Notes: generated from the sequence alone by a model not told the origin. Counted from the first letter of the stretch, positions 23,748-38,110 are shown. The stretch is DNA of 64,000 nt from Octopus vulgaris (GCA_951406725.2 OX597823.1:19220001-19284000), one strand, 5' to 3'. Numbers and translations are program-made.

Positions 23748-26700
23748 AAGAAAATCAGAAAGAATTCAAGCAGTTACCCCAGGCAGCAATCCTGCTGTGA
23801 ACACCAGCTTTCAGAATGTATAGGAAGGAAAAATTCTTCAGTAGAAATATTGGTTTTACACAAACTGAAAATTCAGGAAGTTACTTTCAGCTGTGAAGTA
23901 TAAAATAATTGGAGACTGGAATTTTTTGACATCAGATTTATTCTACAGATTACAACTGTTTCATAAGCCGAGGTTATACCAAGGTGACTTGTGGATCTTT
24001 CTATATATAATCAATATAAAATAATTGTTACTCTTGTCCCTTTTATCAGCTGTAAACCAGGGAATAAATCTGATACCATGGAATAAATCTTTACTTTGTG
24101 TATGTGTGACTGTTTGTATGTACACACATGCTTGGTTTTTATCTACTGGAAAATACAAATATTTCTATTTATAATAAAGCAATTAGTATTAAAAGAAAAG
24201 CACCCACTTCACTCTTGGAGTGGTTGGTGTTATGAAGGGCATCCAGCTATAGAAATTTTATGAGGTCAGATTGGAGCCTGATGCAGCCTTCTGGCTTGCC
24301 AGCCCTCAGTCAAACCATCCAGCCCATGCCAGCATGGAAAGTAGACGTTAAACGACAATGATGAAGTTTTTTTATTTTTTCTTAATAGATTTCTATAAAA
24401 TGTTTATCTTGTTTCATTAATAGAACTTCGGAGAATAAGTCTTTGACAACTTATTGGTGAAAGAAAAAGGATATTTTCTAAGAGCTAATTGCTCCTCTCT
24501 CATACTTGAAATTCTCATCACCTGGCACTAAGCAACCTCCCTCAATACTACACCCAACTAAGTTGAGGAGTCTTGTCTTGCAAATTACTTGGTGACCTTT
24601 ATAAAGCTCCCAGTAAGATCTGTAGTGGTTGACATCAGAGAGGGCACCCACCTGGAGAAACCATGCCAAAGCAGATATAGGAGCTTGACAAGCCAACCCA
24701 TGCAAGCAATTGAAGATGGGTGTTAAATGGTGGTAGTGGTGTGTGTGTGTGTAAAATTTAGAATTCAGTTTTTGGTTTTCTATCATACATACAAAGACGG
24801 GTTGGTTTTGGCAGAAATGCCTTTGATCATAGGTCTTGCACAGTCACTTGACTCGGGGCTAAGCAATATATATATATGTAACAGCCAAATGTCTTTATTA
24901 AAAACAAACCCCCTCTTTGCTCTTCCGAATGGCTTCCGCATGTTTCCTGCTTTAAATCTACCGAATCAACCGAATTGTTCTTCAGTCAACTGCTCGTCTC
25001 TGTGCCACAGAATTTCTTCAAACAGAACTGAGCACGGAAGAAGCATGACTCAAATGAATGGCAATTTTGGCAACCTACTTCATATTCCATATTTTTTCCT
25101 CGCTTGACTGATGTTAGCAGCCAAACATTTCATGTTATCTATTTTACTTTGAAATTTTGGTACAAGCTTGAGGTGTATGTGTGGGGTGTGAACTAATGTG
25201 ACTTATTTTAGATAAACCTGTATATAATTAGACCATTTTTTTTTTCATATGCTTGTAAGAAAGATAAAAAAAAAAAGGAAAATTGGGGTTTGTAGGTGGG
25301 GGTATAATAAAACGCCAATTCTTTTGAAATTTTCATTTCGTTTTTTTTTTTTTTCTCACCAAGAAACACTTTTCTTCAGAGACTTCCTTGCAGTTTCATT
25401 CCTCTTCGCCCTTCCCTCTCCCTCATACACACACACACACATACTTTCTCTCTTCCTACCCCTATCTGTCTATCACAGACAACAAGGTATTCCATTTGTT
25501 TATGGTGGTTGCGGCAGCAGTGACAAGGCAGGGGGAGACAATGAGACTAACGATTTCCCCAGAAATCTGGTTCTTTGCTCTTTGTATTGTTTACTTAGCA
25601 CAACAACAGAACAATTGTTGGCTGCGTAACACCCAACACAGTTGGTGCAGTCAATTCACCCACCTACCTGCCCACCTACCTAGCTTCCCTCTGGAATATC
25701 TTCATTCTTCAGATCTGTTCTTAGGAAATAGCTTTCACTCAATGTGGCCATTTATTTCTCTATTTGTTTAGTTAATACAGGTGTATATATTATTATTATT
25801 ATTATTATTAGTAATAGTAGTAGTTGTATTAGTAAATGTCAAGAGAATAGTAAAAACCTCTTGTTGCTTAATGGCAAAGTATGCATGCATGCATGTACTC
25901 ATCATCATCATCATCATCATCATTTAGCGTCCGTTTTCCATGCTAGCATGGGTTGGACGGTTCTGCTGGGGTCTGTGAAGCCAGAAGGCTTCATCAGGCC
26001 CAGTCAAATCTGGCAGTGTTTCTACGGCTGGATGCCCTTCCTAACGCCAACCACTCCGTGAGTGTAGTGGGTGCTTTTTACGTGCCACCCGCACTGGTGC
26101 CAGACAGAGCTGGCAAACGGCCACGAACGGATGGTGCTTTTTATGTGCCACCGGCACGAGGGCCAGGCGAGGCTGGCAACGGACACGAAACGGGGCGGTG
26201 CTGGCAACGGTCGCGAAACGGAAAGTTCTCTTACATGCCACCGGCACTGGTAACACATCTGCAATTTCCATTGATCGATTTCCATTGATCGATTTCGATT
26301 CTGATGTAATAATATATGGATAGCTTCAGGGTGGGTCTTCATTTTTTTATCAGCTGCCTAGAGACCAGGACCTGATTACCTAAGTGCTGACCAAAGTAAT
26401 TTATCAAAAACTTTATCTCAGGGTGGGGGGAAGATTTTTTTTTTCTTTCTTTTAAGCTCCCAGTTGAAATTAATCCCCAGTTCCCTTTGCTCGCATTTAA
26501 ACTGCTCTAACTGCATGCATAGCAGTTTGTTTGGAGGTCGTATAGTACAGTTTTAAACACCACAAATTTTTTTGTTTTCTAGAATTTTCTGTCGTGCATC
26601 TGTATGCAAATGCTTGCTGTTATTTCTAATACTGAACTAACATCTCTAGTAAATCTTGCTTCCCTTTTCAGAATTGCAACCCTCTGGAATTCTGTTCTTG

Positions 26701-28449
26701 CTTATCTTACTCCCAACCTCATCTCTTACAAACCTGGACCTTCAACTTGTCAGCATTTTCACCATTTTCTAAAGGCCTGCAAGGATTGCTTGGCCTCCTG
26801 TCCCTCATTCTTTAACTGACTTTAACAAAAAAAAAAAGAAAAGAAAAAGAAAGTGGGGGTGGGGAATAAAAAGGTATAGACGCAGGAGTGGCTGTGTGGT
26901 AAGTAGCTTGCTTACTAACCACATGGTTCCTAATTCAGTCCCATTGCATGGCACCTTGGGCAAGTGTCTTCTATAGCCTCAGGCCAACCAAAGCCTTGTG
27001 AGTGGATTTGGTAGATGGAAACTGAAAGAAGCCCGTCATATATATCTATGTGCGTGTATATGTTTGTGTGTCTGTGTTTGTCCCCCCAACATTGCTTGAC
27101 AACCGATGCTGGTGTGTTTACGTCCCTGTAACTTAGCGGTTCAGCAAAAAGCAACCGATAGAATAAGTACTAGGCTTCAAAAGAATAAGTCCTGGGGCCG
27201 ATTTGCTCAACTAAAGGTGGTGCTCCAGCATGGCTGCAGTCAAATGACTGAAACAAGTAAAAGAATAAGGATATAAGATGCATCTTAATTTTGGCAGACA
27301 TCTTCTTGGACAACCACTTGCCTTTTGTTTATAAGATGCAGGTTGATTTTTCTGCACCACGGATAAACAAAATAACATTCCTTTTAAGCTGTGAAATACA
27401 GCAGGTGAATTGTTTGTCAGTGTCGACATCTAAAATGATGAGAATCTCTGAAGAAACTTTTTCCCTCTTTCTTTCCCCTGGAATTTCTCACTGCTGCCTT
27501 CTGATCTTGGTGAGATTTGAACACAGTACTACTGTTACTGAATGTGGTTGAGAACAGTAGTTTTAACCAAGGATGCTATTATTGTTCACAAAATGTATAC
27601 GGTATAAAACATATATACACAAATAAACCATCCCACATATATTTGTTTTAAATTAGCCTCTAATTTTATAGATTACCTTGGGACTAAATAGCTAATGTTA
27701 TGGATGCAAGTATGGCTGTGCGATTAAGGGTTAGATTCGCTCCTCTCACATGGCACCTTCTATAGCCCTTGGCTGATTGAAGGTTTGAGAGAAGCCCATT
27801 GTGTGTATATGTATTTATGTATGTCACTTCTTGTTTTGACACAGCATGGTTGTTATAAACTAATGCCACCATCATACAAACTGTCAATCATTTCCAATAT
27901 TATCAAAGAATTGTCCTGCCATGAGGTAATGCCTTGCTTGGAAATGAGTGACACTTGGTGACAGGGAGGACATTCAACTGTAGAAAATCTACTTCATTGA
28001 ATTATGTCTGATCCAGGCTTGCGTGGATCAGGCACAAATTATGATGTATTTCTCCCATGTATGCGAGCTTTGAAAGTAGAGGTTCCTAGTTCAAATCCAG
28101 TTATATACTATGTACACACTCGAGACTGAGGTATCTAATGGGATCAAAGTGATCACATCAAAAACTTGAAAATATATTTTTCATCTCCGCAGACGAAAAA
28201 AAAAGATAGCTTGATAAATTTTAATCATATTTTATAGATTGTATTTTTGACAAATTTCATTTTCTAATTTCTAATTTATATTTTCTAATTTCTGAAAATC
28301 CCCAAGTCTTTTCTTTGAAGTAACAATGTTGCATGTTATATATTCAATTAAAACTTACAATAATATGCAGTACTATATCTTACTGTTATGTGAATATCAA
28401 TGTCAAGATAGGGCTTGATCTTTTGAGATCTAATTAAAACATGTGAACA

Positions 28450-29289
28450 GCGAAAAGTACAAAAGTTCTCAGACTAGTTCCGTAGTGTGCCAACAGATGG
28501 CAGCATATGATTGTGGGTGCAGTGAAAGCGAGCAGTGACCTTCATGAGGCAGTGTGCTGACAGTCACATCACAGTGTTTACTTCACAAGTTGTGAAACTT
28601 GTGTCTTTGTGTGATCACGTATGATGTAGTCTGTGATTTTTGTCATGGACAGGAAGGTGGAACAAAGAGTTGGAACAAATGTGAAAATTTGTGTTAAACT
28701 TGGGAAGTCTGCTACAGAGATATTGAGCATGCTTTGGCAAGCTTACGGCGACAAGGCACTGGGTTGTACACAATGTTCTGAATGGCCCGGAAGCTTCAAA
28801 AGCTGAAGAACACCCGTGGAAGACGATGAGCAATCTGGAAGACCTACCACGTCTCCCCACTGGAAATGTGGAGAAAATTTGTCAGCTTCTGCATGGGGAT
28901 TGTCAGAGGACAATCAACAACATTGCTGATGTTGTTGGTCTTTCATATGGGTCTGTGCAAGCAATCCTAGCGTCCGCGAAGAATTGGATTCTTCATGATG
29001 CAATGTGCCCTGTCACTAAGCTTTCCTCATTTGTGAGTTTCTTGCCAAAAACAATGGTATTGCTTCCACACCTTCCCTATTCACCAGATTTAACACCGTT
29101 GTTGAGATCAAGGGTGAATCAGTCTTCAATCCATTTACAGAAAATGACTTCTAGGCTGGATTCCGAAAGTGACAGGAATGCTAGGACCAGTATATTACTG
29201 TGCAAGATGACTATTTTGAAGGAGATGTTAAAACTTAAATAAATGAGCCACTTTTTATTAAACATGGAACTTCTTGATACCACCTCATA
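28450..29289 (+). mobile_element. Degenerate, internally deleted Tc1/mariner transposon
   Basis: From 28645: MDRKVEQRVGTNVKICVKLGKSATEILSMLWQAYGDKAL...SFKS*RTPVEDDEQSGRP (mariner HTH region with an in-frame stop); later LPHLPYSPDLTP (YSPDL motif). 3' TIR-like GGAACTTCTTGATACCACCTCATA. Confidence 0.85.
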
Positions 29290-30295
29290 TATCTAAATAT
29301 ACTAGAAACAACACTATATTCATATTAAATATAGCAGATATTTTAATATCTGTACAGGTATTGGCATGGTTCTGCGGTTAAGAAGCTTCGTTTCCAACCG
29401 TGTGATCTTGGTTCAGTCCCATTGCATGACACCTTCAGTGTCTTCTACTATACACCTTGGCTAAGCAAGGCCTTGTGAATGGATTTAATAGACAGAAACT
29501 GAGGAAAAGCCCTTCATATATATATGTGCTTGTACATACCCTTGTCTAAATATCACGTGGGTTATAAATGAGCATCATCATCATCATCATAATTACAAGC
29601 CATGTTGTTTCCAGTATTCCATCAAAAACACGACTAGCTATGGGGGAAATATTACGTTGCTTGGAAATAGATGAGAGTTGGTGACAGGAAAGTCATTTGA
29701 CAGTAGAAAATCTACTTCAAATTCTGTCTGACCCATGCAAGCATGGAAAAGCCAATATTAAATTACGACATATAGGTGGTTTAATAAAAAGTAGCTCTTT
29801 TACCTATAGGTGTAGCAGTGGCTGTGTGGTAAATAGCTTGCTTACCAATCACATGGTTCCGGGTTCAGTCCCACTGCGTGGCACCTTGGGCAAGTGTCTT
29901 CTACCACAGCCTCGGGCCGACCAAAGCCTTGTGAGTGGATTTGGTAGACGGAAACTGAAAGAAGCCCGTCGTATTTATGTTTGTGTGTCTGTGTTTGTCC
30001 CCCCCCCCCCCAACATCGCCTGACAACCGATGCTTGTGTGTTTGCGTCCCCGTAACTTAGCGGTTTCTGCAAAAGAGACCGATAGAATAAGTACTAGGCT
30101 TACAAAGAATAAGTCCTGGGTCGATTTGCTTGACTAAAGGCGGTGCTCCAGCATGGCCGCAGTCAAATTAATGAAACAAGTAATTTAAATGTACACATTG
30201 ATTATATATTAAATATCATCTAACCAATCTTGTAATTTACTAATATTTTACTGTCTGAGCTGTCTTTATGGTGCATTTTTGTTTTTGCATAGTGA

Positions 30296-30329
<34 letters not shown>

Positions 30330-31226
30330 CAATAGTGTTGTAGTTAAGACAACTGTTGAGTCTGGTGCATATTGGGATGATGAAAACCTTTTTGTTTTTG
30401 TGGAGTATGGAAATCTTAAGACATGTTCTTGTAACTGTGTGCTTGCTGGCTTTGTGTTGATGTGTCATAGTGTAGTGTGTTGTTTGAAGCAGACACATTC
30501 TAGTGATGTTTGTGTGTGGAGGTGAGGTGAATGCTTGCATGGTTTCATGGAGTGGCAAATCGACCATTGCATCTAGCTTGACAACAGTTACTTGTCAGCT
30601 ACAGGTAAGTGTTTTCTCGCATTTAAATACTTTCTCACACATACACAAAAACGTGTGTGTGTGTGTATATATATATATGTGTGTGTGTGAAATATCTTAT
30701 GATACATGTATAATGGTTATATTCTCTTTCTCTCTCGCACACACTTCTCTATTCTTCAACACATGACAATGTAATTAGTATAACCACTGTTTATGACAAC
30801 TCCTTTTCAGTAAAGGATATTACTCACTAATTGTCATTAGTTCAAGCTATTAAGACCCATTTGTGTTGAATTGATCGACAAAGGGTTTGTGCGTTTAAAT
30901 GTGTGTGTCTAATAAATATGTATATATATATAAAGTAAAAAATTGCACAGGAGGATAACAGAACCCCCCCCCACACACACACACATAGGGCTTGACATGC
31001 TCAACACTCGTCAGTTATTGACCAAAAATCATTGAATTTTGAGCCTTTATATATGTGTGTGAGTGTGTAATGTATGTATATAATAATGGACTATCTCATT
31101 GCTAGACAACAATATGAGGGTTCGACAAATTATTACCGAGCAACCACACAGATAATATATGTCTAAAATATATCTTTGTGAGGAATTTTTTTGATATTGA
31201 ATTTCATGCTATTATCTCAAAATACA

Positions 31227-31263
<37 letters not shown>

Positions 31264-31685
31264 TCATCATTGTTTTTACATGTTTTTTCATACTTGCATA
31301 GGCCAGATGGAATTCATTTACGCTGATTTCTGTCAGAGATTCCTTTTCTGTTGCCATCCTGTTTCCAAGGAAAGGTAATATTTTCCTATGGCTAGACAGG
31401 TTCTTACAGAAAGTGGAAATAAATATAGCATATGTGACAGTGATTCTTGCTTACAACCATCGTGTGATGTCCAGACAAGGAGACACAAACACACACAAAT
31501 ATATCTACTACAGGTTTCTGTTAATAGTTTCCATGTACCAAATCCATATTCAGGCTGTTGTTTGGCCTGGGGTTGTAGTAGAAGACATTTGCCTAAAGCG
31601 TTACAGTGAGGTTAAAACTGAAACCATGCAGTTGGGAAGCAAGATTCTTAACCACACAACGATGCCTGCCCCTGCTCTCTCTCTG

Positions 31686-31719
<34 letters not shown>

Positions 31720-31990
31720 TCTCTTTTACTTGTTTCAGTCATTTGACTGCGGCCATGCTGGAGCACCGCCTTTAGTCGAGCAGATCGACCCCGGGACTTA
31801 TTCTTTGTAAGCCCAGTACTTATTCTATCGGTCCCTTTTGCCGAACCGCTAAGTGACGGGGACGTAAACACACCAGCATCGGTTGTCAAGCAATGCTAGG
31901 GCGACAAACACAGACACACAAACATATACACACACATATATACGACAGGCTTCTTTCAGTTTCCGTCTACCAAATCCACTCACAAGGCAT

Positions 31991-32034
<44 letters not shown>

Positions 32035-33343
32035 CGTCACTGGGGGTGGTTATATATACACACACATGCATGGCTGACTAGTTTCATTGTAGGAATATAA
32101 GGAGGATTTAAAACATAAAGACAGCCATTCCCTGAAAAGCCTATTCCAGTACCTCTGTAGAAAATGCTCTTTTATATAAAGAACAACACTGGTATCTGTT
32201 TGGAGATTTTTGAATAACAAAATATTTATTGTTATCTTACTCTCTTTTACTTGTTTCAGCCATTTGACTGCGGCCATGCTGGAGCACCGCCTTTGGTTGA
32301 GCAAATCGACCCCGGAACTTATTTTTTGTAAGCCCTGTACTTATTCTATCGGTCTCTTTTGCCGAACCGCTAAGTGACACACAAACATATACACACACAT
32401 ACATACAAATATTTACATATATACGACAGGCTTCTTTCAGTTTCCGTCTACCAAATCCACTCACAAGGCTTTGGTCGGCCCGAGGCTATAGCAGAAGACA
32501 CTTGCCCAAGATGCCACGCAGTGGGACTGAACCCGGAACCATGTGGTTGGTTAGCAAGCTACTTACCACACAGCCACTCCTGCACCTATAAACAATATAA
32601 AAATGTTGCTACTATGAATGACAAGACAGTGATGAAGTTTGGAGATGATAATTCTCTGATTGGTAGGATTGTAGCAGCAGTCAAAATGCTAGCTGGTCCT
32701 TATGTTGCTATCACTACTCATTCACTGTTTAGCTGCTACTGTCTTCTAATGTCTCTTGTTCACTACCTATTCTTTGCTTGGGTCAGCTGCTGTTTGCAGT
32801 CTCTTTCCCATCTGTCTGCAGTCTCTTTTGTTCATAGTAGCTATGGTGAACTGTACTGAACTTATAGTAATGGTTAGGATTAGAAAGTAATGTACCAAAA
32901 GTCTTGATTGATCAGATCTTTTTGATATTCTAGCAAACACAACATTGGATATAGTGATCTGATTGCTAAATATTCCCACTACACTATAAATTATCTTGAG
33001 GATTAGTAACAAGAAATTTCCTCAATAGGTTTTTGTGAAGAATTCTTGCAAAAATTAAAAAATAGGACAATTTTCTGCAATTTTATGATTCAAGACGCCA
33101 GTATCAATATCACAGTCTCTTGGTGTTATTTTTAACATTATTACGACAGCAAAGATAGTCTTCACTCATATATTCTAACATTTTCCCAGTTGTGTAACTG
33201 AGTTCCTAACGATTTTTAAACTTTTTAATTTTATTTTCTTATTTCTTTATTGCCCACAAGGGGCTAAACACAGAGGGGACAAACAAGGACAGACAAAGGG
33301 ATTAAGTCGATTACATCGACCCCAGTGCATAACTGGTACTTAA

Positions 33344-33564
33344 CCCTTTAGTGTTCAGATTAATCTGTTAAATGTAATACTTTTTTCACTCAAATTATTT
33401 TCAATTAATCATACATTATCTTACAGCTATGAAGTTTCAATGGTGTGATAATTTTTTCTTAGAATGTCAATGTAGGTTAGGTGTGAGGGGCTGGATATGG
33501 CCAGTTTGAATGTAAAACATGTAGGATATTTGGGCCGGATATGGCCGGCTTAAACACCAAAGGG
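33344..33564. mobile_element. piggyBac-type MITE family 2, inserted in a SINE B copy
   Basis: TTAA|CCCTTTAGTGTT ... AACACCAAAGGG|TTAA splits the SINE B sequence GGTACTTAA/TTTATCGACCCC. Other copies: about 36690-36902, 38618-38838, 39924-40190, and 57330-57546 (reverse). Confidence 0.88.
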
Positions 33565-34969
33565 TTAATTTATCGACCCCGAAAGGATGAAAGACAAAGT
33601 AGACCTCGGCGGAATTTGAACTCAGAACGTAACGGCAAACGAAATACCGCTAAGCATTTCGCCTAGCGTGCTAACGTTTCTGCCAGCTCGCCGCCTTAAT
33701 TTTATTTAAATTTATTTAATTTTATTTTCTGTGGAGCAAATTCTGTCTTCTTCTTATAGGCTCTCTCTTTAGTTAGCAGTGAGATACCCCAAAGAATCTT
33801 TAAGAAATTTGCTTTTTATTACTCATTGTATAGTCAAGATTATGGAGTTAAATAGTTAGCTGTGTGATCTCGTGATTTTGGGGTTTGATCTCATTGGACT
33901 GTAATAGACAACCCTTGTACTAGGGTTGACTTGTAATTTGTGAATGAAAATAATGAGCAGAAATTGACAGCTTTAAGACAGAGGTGAGTAGCCTCTGACC
34001 TAATAATAGAACAGGTCTTGTAATTGCTGACCTTGTAGAATAGGGCAGGAATCTTCTGACATTCCTGGATATGCTGTGATGTAACTGTGACTCTGACCAT
34101 CCTGTCTTTTTACAGGCACAGTGTAGGGTTATGTTGTTTTTCTCCTGTTGAGGTAGTGGGGTATAGTTTGAGGGAGATGTGATTGCTATTTCTGGTAGGT
34201 CCAGCAACCAACATGAGAACCTGTTGTTTACTCTTTAATTGCTACTTTTTATAAAAGCTGGGGCAAAAAACTCCCAAGGTCACGAGGCGCAGGTTTTGGA
34301 GAAAGAGGTCACTAATATAATGTTTATTGTTGCTTTGCAAGGAGAATAATAATAGTAATAATAATAATAATAATAATAATAGGACAGATAGATAACAACA
34401 CTTCTGCTGTATCTACCTTCTTTCTCTCTTTCATATCTTCTGTAGCTTTAAAGTCTAAACCACCTTGAACAGCCAACTTGTCTCTGTAAAGATTAATGCA
34501 TTCTTTTTTTCATGATCTATTTTATCTCCTTCAAGAGACACAATCACAACTTGTGTCAGTGATGGTGGTGTCTTGTTTTGGTGCTGGTGTTGTGGGGGTA
34601 AGATGGGGGTTAGTAAATGTTTTGAATAATTTAGGTGTGTCAACTAAAGACTTAGAAATGTAAGTGAATGTAGCAGCAGCGGCAGTATTGTTTCAGTAAC
34701 CTCTAGTTTTCCTGCCCACCACCGCCAACTGCAGCAAGAAGGCTTTCTCGACACTGACAACAAAAGTAACAATAGCTCCTGTTGCTGCAGCTGCGTTCTC
34801 ACTATCAACACCATCAGCTTCAGCAGCAATACCACCACCTACTACTACTGACAATATCTCCTTCAACACCACCAAACCTTTTGAGTGAACTGACAACAGC
34901 CATCAGCTCTGCAACAACATCCCCAGTAACAGTGATCCCAGCCCACTTACATCGCTACTAAGGTCAGCT

Positions 34970-35094
34970 GCTATTGACCATCATAGCCTGCTGAAAACCC
35001 TGGGTTTTAGTTATCTCTTGCAGAATAAACTCTGAAGTCGAGCAAGATGGAGCCTAATTAGTACTTAGATGGGTAACTATTTGAGAAAACCTAG
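34970..35094 (+). pseudogene. Degenerate 5S rRNA-derived sequence
   Basis: GACCAT..CTGAAAACCC.GG and GAAGTCGAGCAAGATGGAGCCTAATTAGTACTTAGATGGGTAACT align with 5S rRNA (GAAGTTAAGCAAC..GAGCC.GGTTAGTACTTGGATGGGTGACC, boxes A/IE/C), with many substitutions and an insertion. Confidence 0.6.
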
Positions 35095-36289
35095 CTAGAA
35101 ATAGTAACCAGAATTTCCTCAAACCACATCCTACACTTTTTAAGTAAATGGATATACTCTTTTACTTGTTTCAGTCATTTGACTGCGGCCATGCTGGAGC
35201 ACCACCTTTAGTCGAGCAAATCGACCCCGGGACTTATTCTTTGTAAGCCCAGTACTTATTCTATCGGTCTCTTTTGCCGAAGCGCTAAATGACGGGGACG
35301 TAAACACACCAGCATCAGTTGTCAAGCAATGCTAGGGAGACAAACACAGACACACAAACATACACGCACATACATATATATATATACATATATACGACGG
35401 GCTTCTTTCAGTTTCCGTCTACCAAATCCACTCACAAGGCTTTGGTCGGCCAGCCCGAGGCTATAGTAGAAGACACTTGCCCAAGGTGCCACGCAGTGGG
35501 ACTGAACCCGGAACCATGTGGTTGGTAAACAAGCTACTTACCACACAGCCACTCCTGCACCTGTTAATATATCCCAGATAAATTCTGCATGAATAAAACA
35601 GGTTGGTTGTGGCTGGACTCTCTTTGATCAAGATCAGCCTGGAGTCAAATAACTACAAACATATTGGTGTTATTTCTGACAATATCTGTTTACAAGTATT
35701 GAATGTCTTTCTCTTGCTATTCATGTATTGCTATCTCTGTTGTCTATTTCTGTCTCCTTCTTCTTCCCTCACCTGTCTATCACCAGCTCTTTGTCAGTTA
35801 TATTTTTAAATCCTATTTTGAGTTGAGGTAAATTTAATCCGAGTACACTGACCTGTCATAAACCCCCGACTTGTCACACACTGAGAATAATTTGTCTCAC
35901 TCCTGTCCGGGTCACAAACAAACGTTAAGTTCTCCTCTGAACACAACTCTTTGAAAGTTGTGTTTTATTAAAATATCATTTAAAATGAAGGCAGAATTAG
36001 AATTATAAAATCTTTTTAACTTTCATCTTGCCTTTACTCTCGTTTACTTGAAATAGTAACCAGAATTTCCTCAAATCACATCCTACATTTTTTAAGTAAA
36101 TGGATATACTCTTTTACTTGTTTCAGTCATTTGACTGCAGCCATGCTGGAGCGCTGCCTTTAGTTGAGCAAATCGACCGCAGGACTTATTCTTTGTAAGC
36201 CTAGTACTTATTCTATTGGTCTCTTTTGCCAAACTGCTAAGTTACGGGGACGTAAACACACCATCGGTCGTCAAGCAATGTTGGGGGGA

Positions 36290-36361
<72 letters not shown>

Positions 36362-37555
36362 CATATATACAACAGGCTTCTTTCAGTTTCCGTCTATCAA
36401 ATCCACTCACAAGGCTTTGGTCGGCCTGAGGCTATAGTAGAAGACACTTGCCCAAGGTGCCACGCAGTGGGACTGAACCCGGAACCATGTGGTTGGTAAG
36501 CAAGCTACTTACCACACAGCCAATTTTTATCAAATTCACTGATGTAAATTACGCATGCTGATAATGAAAATCACATTCATTTTAAAAGAAATTACAAGTT
36601 ATGTAATTTTCAGCCTTTATGAAGCTTCAGTTTGTTGAATTGTATTTCAAGAATCCTTTGGGTCAGGATTTATTAGTTTTCATAGCACTGACCTTTCAAT
36701 GTTCAGATTATTCTGTCAAACGTAATGCTTATTGATTCACATTGTTTTGAATTAATCAAGCATTATCTCATATCCTAGAGATTTCAATGATGTGATTGTT
36801 TAATGCAGAATAACATTGTAGGGTAGGAGGATCTGGTTAGGGTTGAACATAAAACAGATGGAATATTTTGGCCCGGATATGGCTGGTTTAAATGCTAAAG
36901 GGTTAAAAAGATAAGTAAATCTCTCCTTCATAAAACATTGATTTTAAGCCAGGAAATTTTCTCGCAGAGAATTGAATGAAGTACAACAGACTTGGCATGG
37001 TAAACAGTTACACAATTCTACTTTGGTATTACATAGGTATTACAAAGGCGGCGAGCTGGCAGAAGCGTTAGCACGCCGGGCGAAATGCTTTGCGGTATTT
37101 CGTCTGTCGTTACGTTGTGAGTTCAAATTCCGGCGAGGTCGACTTTGCCTTTCATCCTTTCGGGGTCGATAAATTAAGTACCAGTTAGGCACTGGGGTCG
37201 ATGTAATCGACTAAATACCTATGTCTGTCCTTGTTTGTCCCCTCTATGTTTAGCCCCTTGTGGGTAATAAAGGAATAGGTATTACATAGAGCTAGGATTC
37301 TACAAAGGAGCCTCTACATGGTTGCTTTCCCTGCAAGAAGTACCAAGCAAAAATACATTGTGTATGTTATAGTATTAGATAGATTGTCTGAACGTTATGA
37401 TGGGAATCATTGGGCTTGACACCTAGATCAGGGATGACCTTAAGGTGGGATGAAAGTGTATATTACTGACAGACATAGAGCTAAGGTTGGCTCAGAATAG
37501 ATAAGAATATCTGACAATTAGATTTCAATTACTATGTCTCTCACTATGTAACCAT

Positions 37556-38110
37556 ACTGTGTGTATAAATGTGTATGCGTGTGTATATGTGTGTGTAGAT
37601 ATGTGTATATATATATATGTGTGTATGTATAAATGCTTGTGTGTGTGTGTGTGTGTATGTATAAATGCTTGTGTGTGTGTGTGTGTGTATGTATAAATGC
37701 TTGTGTGTGTGTGTGTATGTATAAATGCTTGTGTGTGTGTGTATAAATGCTTGTGTGTGTGTGTATAAATGCTTGTGTGTGTGTGTATAAATGTGTGTGT
37801 GTGTGTGTGTATAAATGCTTGTGTGTGTGTGTGTGTATAAATGCTTGTGTGTGTGTGTGTGTATAAATGCTTGTGTGTGTGTGTATGTATAAATGCTTGT
37901 GTGTGTGTGTATGTATAAATGCTTGTGTGTGTGTATGTATAAATGCATGTGTGTGTGTATGTATAAATGTGTGTGTATATGTATAAATGCGTGTGTGTGT
38001 GTGTATATGTATAAATGCTTGTGTGTATGTGTGTGTATGTGTGTGTATATAATGCTTGTGTGTATATTTGCGTGTGTATATATATATATGTATCTGAGTG
38101 TGTGTATATA
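37556..38110. repeat. Minisatellite (ATAAATGCTT(GT)n)
   Basis: About 20 units of GTATAAATGCTT plus a variable GT tract; it explains the H/T/Y-rich ORFs. Confidence 0.92.

Noticed and set aside
24840-25780. Possible alternative promoter or enhancer in unique intronic sequence
   Set aside because: Only short motifs (e.g. TGACTCA) expected by chance; not supportable from sequence alone.
28826-29242. Functional transposase gene
   Set aside because: Stops, frameshifts and deletion of most of the catalytic domain make it a relic.
30503-30604. Coding alternative afadin exon
   Set aside because: The open frame ends in phase 0 while the next exon needs phase 1. The phase-1 frame has a TAG just upstream, and no homology was recognised.
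30985-31025. CUGACGA on the minus strand (hammerhead-like); also CUGAUGA near 52597-52604
   Set aside because: No correctly placed stem II plus GAAA follows, so the core is incomplete.
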